DNA of 36,319 nt from an uncultured Nitrososphaerota archaeon (GTDB taxonomy: Archaea; Thermoproteota; Nitrososphaeria; Nitrososphaerales; CADDZS01). Shown piece by piece: positions 32,197 through 36,319 of this stretch (the first letter of the stretch is position 1; each line of letters begins with the position of its first letter). The DNA is taken from positions 1 to 36,319 of the forward strand of contig CAWCYI010000002.1 in NCBI GenBank assembly GCA_963799845.1, read 5' to 3'. A program made the translations under genes and the position numbers. A model generated the notes under the pieces. That model was given only the letters and a program-made list of their open reading frames with translations. It did no database searches and was not told the DNA's origin.

Positions 32197-32536
32197 ATCC
32201 GCCTTGAATATTACACGAATTGAATATGGAGTTTGCATTATTTTAGTTTACATTTGAATTGCATATCCGATAACCAAATCCAGGCGAACTCGACTTCCCT
32301 CAGAACAAGATGGTCGATGGATGGCGTTGAATACAACCTCATATTATCTGGTCATTATTCCATGATTATGCACAACCAATAATTCTGCAGTTTAGAAGCC
32401 AACTGAAACAGAAAGCCGCGCCGCTTTCTTGTATTCGAGATTTGCTTCAACCCAAGCATTCGATTTGACAGAGGCTCGTCCTTACTTGAATCTGAAAAAA
32501 TACTAACCCTTTCAAGCATTCTCTCATATCACATAT

Positions 32537-33775
32537 CTAGGTTCCGGAACTGCTTGTAAATGTAGTGTTGAAAGTACCGTAAGCTGTACTGCCGCTATTC
32601 AAGACCCATGGATTAATCGCAGTATCACTTGCACTATTGTACATGTAAGACGAGAATCCATAGCCGCTATTATATTCTGGATATGCTCCAAATGAAGAAC
32701 CGGAGCTCCCCATCGCCATGTCGTAAAACGTAACTGCAGAGAACTTGGCCAAGTGAAAACCTGAGCTAGCACCTGTTTGCAGTCGCTCCAGGAAATAATC
32801 GGCATAATACTCTTTGCCATATTTTTCATTGGTGTGACTAAAAGTAACGACAGATTCGCAAATCTTTGATTGAGTTTCATCAGTCAGAAGTGTATAATAT
32901 TTATCGCCAGAGGTTCCATTAATTTCTAATTGACTTCCGACTACACCTGACATCTCGTCGCCTGCCGCTGGGGTAAACTTTGATCCACAGTTTGCCAGGG
33001 TCAAAGTGTTATTGTCTATTGTCCCGCCAGAAGTTCCCGCGAGATAAGCATACCACGCATCATACGTGATCGAACACGAAGAAGCACAATTCTGAATATA
33101 ACCTTCAGTACCAGTCTGTATAACCTCCCCATTTCCATCTATCCGGTTCCACCCATCATAAGTCGTATTTTGAAGTCCCACCCATACTGCTTCCTCGCAC
33201 GCCGTGCCCGCGGAATATGTACCACATGTTTGTCCAGTCTGTGTGTAGATTGTGGGAACAAACCAATACGCTTGAGAATAGTCAACCTGGGTAGAATGAG
33301 CGGAGTTGTCTGCGACACCGTAACCTGAGTAGCTTACAGACTGATTTCGGCCGGAATACAAGTTGGCAATGAATTGCGCGTTGATGGTTGTGTTATAAAT
33401 TTCATTCGCGCTTGGTGTTTCAGAAAAAGTCAAAGTGTATCTAGAATTATTTTGACTTAGGAGAAGGTAGTTGACACCGAAACCTTTCAAAGCAACCGAG
33501 CAGTTCGAATTGCTGAACGTCCACAAATAACTGATTCCCAAAAATGAAGCATTGTAACCAGCTACTACTTGTTCATATTGAGTTGAGGTTTGAGTAAAAT
33601 TTCTCAAGGTTTGTGTATTAACTGAGATTCCAGTATCCAGTATTTGTCTATCTAATACTTGGTTAGTGCAGCTGATAGTTTGCGCGTTCGAGCTCGCTAA
33701 TGGAACAACCGCAAGCGAAAAAACAAAAACCGAAACGACGAACACCATCTCCAAGGAAATCTTGACATTTTTCAT
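32537..33775 (-). CDS. Secreted glutamic peptidase, family G1 (eqolisin/A4)-like
   Basis: Signal peptide, pro-region, SYSGY, WFVP, AVWVGL, VIQTGT (catalytic Gln), AWY, AGDEM, ADYFLER (catalytic Glu), LAKFSAVTF. Confidence 0.8.
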   Translation of the reverse strand: MKNVKISLEMVFVVSVFVFSLAVVPLASSNAQTISCTNQVLDRQILDTGISVNTQTLRNFTQTSTQYEQVVAGYNASFLGISYLWTFSNSNCSVALKGFGVNYLLLSQNNSRYTLTFSETPSANEIYNTTINAQFIANLYSGRNQSVSYSGYGVADNSAHSTQVDYSQAYWFVPTIYTQTGQTCGTYSAGTACEEAVWVGLQNTTYDGWNRIDGNGEVIQTGTEGYIQNCASSCSITYDAWYAYLAGTSGGTIDNNTLTLANCGSKFTPAAGDEMSGVVGSQLEINGTSGDKYYTLLTDETQSKICESVVTFSHTNEKYGKEYYADYFLERLQTGASSGFHLAKFSAVTFYDMAMGSSGSSFGAYPEYNSGYGFSSYMYNSASDTAINPWVLNSGSTAYGTFNTTFTSSSGT

Positions 33776-33980
33776 ATCAATGACCGTCCCCTCTTCAGTT
33801 TGTTATCCAGGTTATAACTCCTGGGAATACAAAGTTACACAATGTAATACTGTGACGATCTCTTAACAATTGTCGCCTTCTGATTATGTCCTCAGCCAAG
33901 TGACCCGATAGAGTCCTACAAAATGGATATGGAGAAAATGAGGAAGAGAGGGAAAACATTTTGGACAGAATTCTAGACCT

Positions 33981-34552
33981 TTGAGCCAGAATCCTGAACG
34001 CACTAAAATCTATCGCGACTCGAACATACTCGCTTTCTGGGTCACGGCGCTTGCCGATCCCTCACGAAAGTTCCCGAGACGGGTTGAGGATGCAAGGCGT
34101 TTTTTGCTTGCGTTCCAGGATGGCAAATTAGATCTTGCTCTAGTTGTATCAGAATGGTGCTTGGAGGAGTTGATACAGTCCTACATTGACAAGGCGTTGT
34201 GGGCGAAGTTTCCGTTTGAAGCCCCTGAATTCAGAGAATTACGGGCAATGAGAGATTTGGGTCTGACCCAGAAAGAGATTCAGGATATCACGGCTGGCGT
34301 ACAGAGATTTGAAAAGCTCCTTGAAGATTTGAAGGTCCAATTTGTTCCTAACGTGCACGATCACAAAAGGCTCCATGAGTTGGTATCGAAACACATGCTT
34401 CAAAGCCCGGATGCGCTTCACGTCCTAACAGCAAGGATGGCGGTGTCAAGTACATCCTTACACTTGATTCTGAATTCATCAAGGCCAAGGTGAGTGACGT
34501 TCAAGTAATAAAACATTTTTCGCGACTACGGCTTTTGAAGCCAATACGCTAG
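33981..34552 (+). CDS. PIN-domain (VapC-like) ribonuclease; frameshift at ~34436
   Basis: IYRDSNI, SEWCLEEL, PDALHVLTA. One added base gives DGGVKYILTLDSEF, supplying the last acidic motif, with stop at 34552. Confidence 0.8.
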
Positions 34553-34782
34553 TTTTCTGACGACTAAAGTCGTCTTAGGATTCTAGACTTGGAAAGGATT
34601 TCTGGACAAGCGGAGTCGTACAATCGTTGAATAGTCGCTTATTTGATAAACCGTGGAACAGCTGCTCTGGAGTTGCTCTAAATTTTAACGATTTTGGGGG
34701 GGCCATTCTAAACGAAAGGCGTTCCCTTTCTGTTGACAGGAATCATACTTGTGGGAACTACATCGGTTCAATATCTGAATCT

Positions 34783-36261
34783 TCAACCAAACTTTCCTTC
34801 CTCAATTCTTTTCAGCTTCTCCATGAACGCGGGATCTTTCAGCCAGGTGAGCTCCTTCAGGAATGCATAATCCTTCTGCTGCTCTCTCATTTCCGCCAGA
34901 TCCTTATCGACTTGAGTCTGGTTCTTGAGCTTCGACTCCAGCTCCTGTATTTTCTTCTCCATCGAGTGCGAGACCCTTTCCTCATTGCAAATCAGGGCCT
35001 CGACCTTCAAGTATTGATCGCGGAAGTGTTCCGGCGAGGTCCACGGTGTCTTGTCGTAACCTTCATCGTCGATGTTGTGCCCTATGAAGAAATCCGCGAC
35101 CGGCCCATCGACGCCAGCTACTCTCGCACTCGTCTTGAATGTGTCCCGGAACTCGTGCGCGTGTATGCGATAAATCCTCGTCCCGGGCACATGTTCCTGG
35201 ACGCCCGAGCGGAAAGAAGATTCCCTGACGGTCTTGTTGACGTTCTTTTCAGTAACCGGAGTCCTGATGTTCGTGATGAATATCGGATCAGAAATCAGCC
35301 TTCCATTTACCGTCCTCACCTTTATGTCTGAGAGCATGATCTGCTTTCTGACCGGTATCCAGCGTTGCAGGCACTTGAGGGCCTTCGCCGGAAGGAAGTT
35401 GAAGTAGTCGTACTGCGTTTTGGAACGTGTCATGTCTATCCTTACGGGAGCTCTGGAAAGATCCCAGAACTCTGGGTCCGAGCCGCCGAGTTGCTTTAGG
35501 ATCTGTGGCCACGCGTAGTAGTTGAAGCACTCCACAAAAGTACTCTCGTCCAAGCCGAGCGTCGTGCATATCGCCATGATCGCCTTGTCTCTTATGGGCG
35601 TCCTCCCGTCCTCGATGATTGTCCAGTACTCCGCCGGTCTTACAAAGCTCGACGCCCTGGCGGTGCCCGAGTTGTCTATCATCTCGCGGTTGAAGATGAC
35701 CTTCTCGGAGGGGAGCTCGCAGCGGTTCTTCGCGTACAGAGATCTGACCGCGACGACTATCGCGTCTTTGTAGCCCCTGGACCCCTTGAACGAATTCACG
35801 TAGCTCGTCAGGAGGTCGAGGTGGCGGAAGCGTCTCTCCTCCTGGTCTCCGCCCTTCCTCTTCACGTCCTCGATGAGAGGGGTCGCGTCGGGAAAGTAGC
35901 CGTTGTCTCGAAGCCAGCAGATGTAATTCCAGTTCCTTCTCAGGCGGTGGCCGCGAGTTTTCTTGGAGGCGGTCTTTGAGATCATCACCTGGACGTACAG
36001 GTTTTTTTCGAATTCGTCCAGCCCTTCCGTCCGGTGAAAAGTCTCCCTCCTGTAATCGAGGGCTCCGGTGAACTTTCTGATCTCGAATAGGTAGCTGCCG
36101 ATGTAAGAGGGCTTGCGCCCTAAAGCCTCTGCCACCTCGTTTGTGGTGAGCTCCTTCCTTCCGCTGTAGCCGCTTTTCAGTACGTCCATTATCTTTTCGT
36201 AGATCGTCGCGTTCTGCCAAAAACGGCCAACCTTTCCCTCGGGTCTTTCAAGTTCCTTCAC
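34783..36261 (-). CDS. Tyrosine recombinase/integrase with N-terminal HTH and C-terminal coiled coil
   Basis: RDKAI..GLDEST, RSKT, HAHEFRDTFKT, FFIGH, GYDK. LTTNEVAEALGRKPSYIGSYL HTH. Visibly more GC-rich than the neighbouring DNA. Confidence 0.88.
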   Translation of the reverse strand: MKELERPEGKVGRFWQNATIYEKIMDVLKSGYSGRKELTTNEVAEALGRKPSYIGSYLFEIRKFTGALDYRRETFHRTEGLDEFEKNLYVQVMISKTASKKTRGHRLRRNWNYICWLRDNGYFPDATPLIEDVKRKGGDQEERRFRHLDLLTSYVNSFKGSRGYKDAIVVAVRSLYAKNRCELPSEKVIFNREMIDNSGTARASSFVRPAEYWTIIEDGRTPIRDKAIMAICTTLGLDESTFVECFNYYAWPQILKQLGGSDPEFWDLSRAPVRIDMTRSKTQYDYFNFLPAKALKCLQRWIPVRKQIMLSDIKVRTVNGRLISDPIFITNIRTPVTEKNVNKTVRESSFRSGVQEHVPGTRIYRIHAHEFRDTFKTSARVAGVDGPVADFFIGHNIDDEGYDKTPWTSPEHFRDQYLKVEALICNEERVSHSMEKKIQELESKLKNQTQVDKDLAEMREQQKDYAFLKELTWLKDPAFMEKLKRIEEGKFG

Positions 36262-36319
36262 AAAGTACCAGCGGTTTCGTTGCAGCGTGTTAAGTCGACC
36301 AGGAACGAGTCATGCTTGC

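Noticed and set aside
33886-33985. VapB antitoxin upstream of the PIN gene
   Set aside because: Only short interrupted frames; no DNA-binding motif.
34627-36220. ORFs 34627..35331 (+) and 35288..36220 (-)
   Set aside because: Alternative-frame and antisense shadows of the GC-rich integrase gene.

Overview
This 36 kb window looks like an accessory/defence island from an archaeon. The likely lineage is Nitrososphaerota, inferred from PolB2, two RHH regulators of a thaumarchaeal-type family, TTG/GTG starts and TATA-like promoters. The most notable item is hidden in three short minus-strand ORFs (3362->1911). Corrected for two compensating frameshifts, they join into one ~483 aa protein: an N-terminal winged-helix fused directly to a very divergent MID-PIWI module, i.e. 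a putative short prokaryotic Argonaute with no APAZ partner in view. Its neighbours are PolB2, a Ddl-like ATP-grasp enzyme, a STAND-ATPase-TPR protein and a GNAT. The rest of the window holds a convergent GNAT/RHH pair, HEPN-like and HhH-GPD-like remnants, an AAA+-wHTH gene flanked by GAGCA motif clusters, and a complete IS3-family element with a 4-bp target duplication and a D->N catalytic change. It also holds a DUF5131 fragment, a phosphoesterase, a ~2000 aa Sec-type Rhs/YD protein, G1 glutamic peptidases, a PIN nuclease and two tyrosine recombinases (one decayed, one with R->D). Many genes carry small indels, and the sequence alone cannot separate pseudogenisation from long-read error. All protein calls come from motifs recognised by eye; no searches were run.
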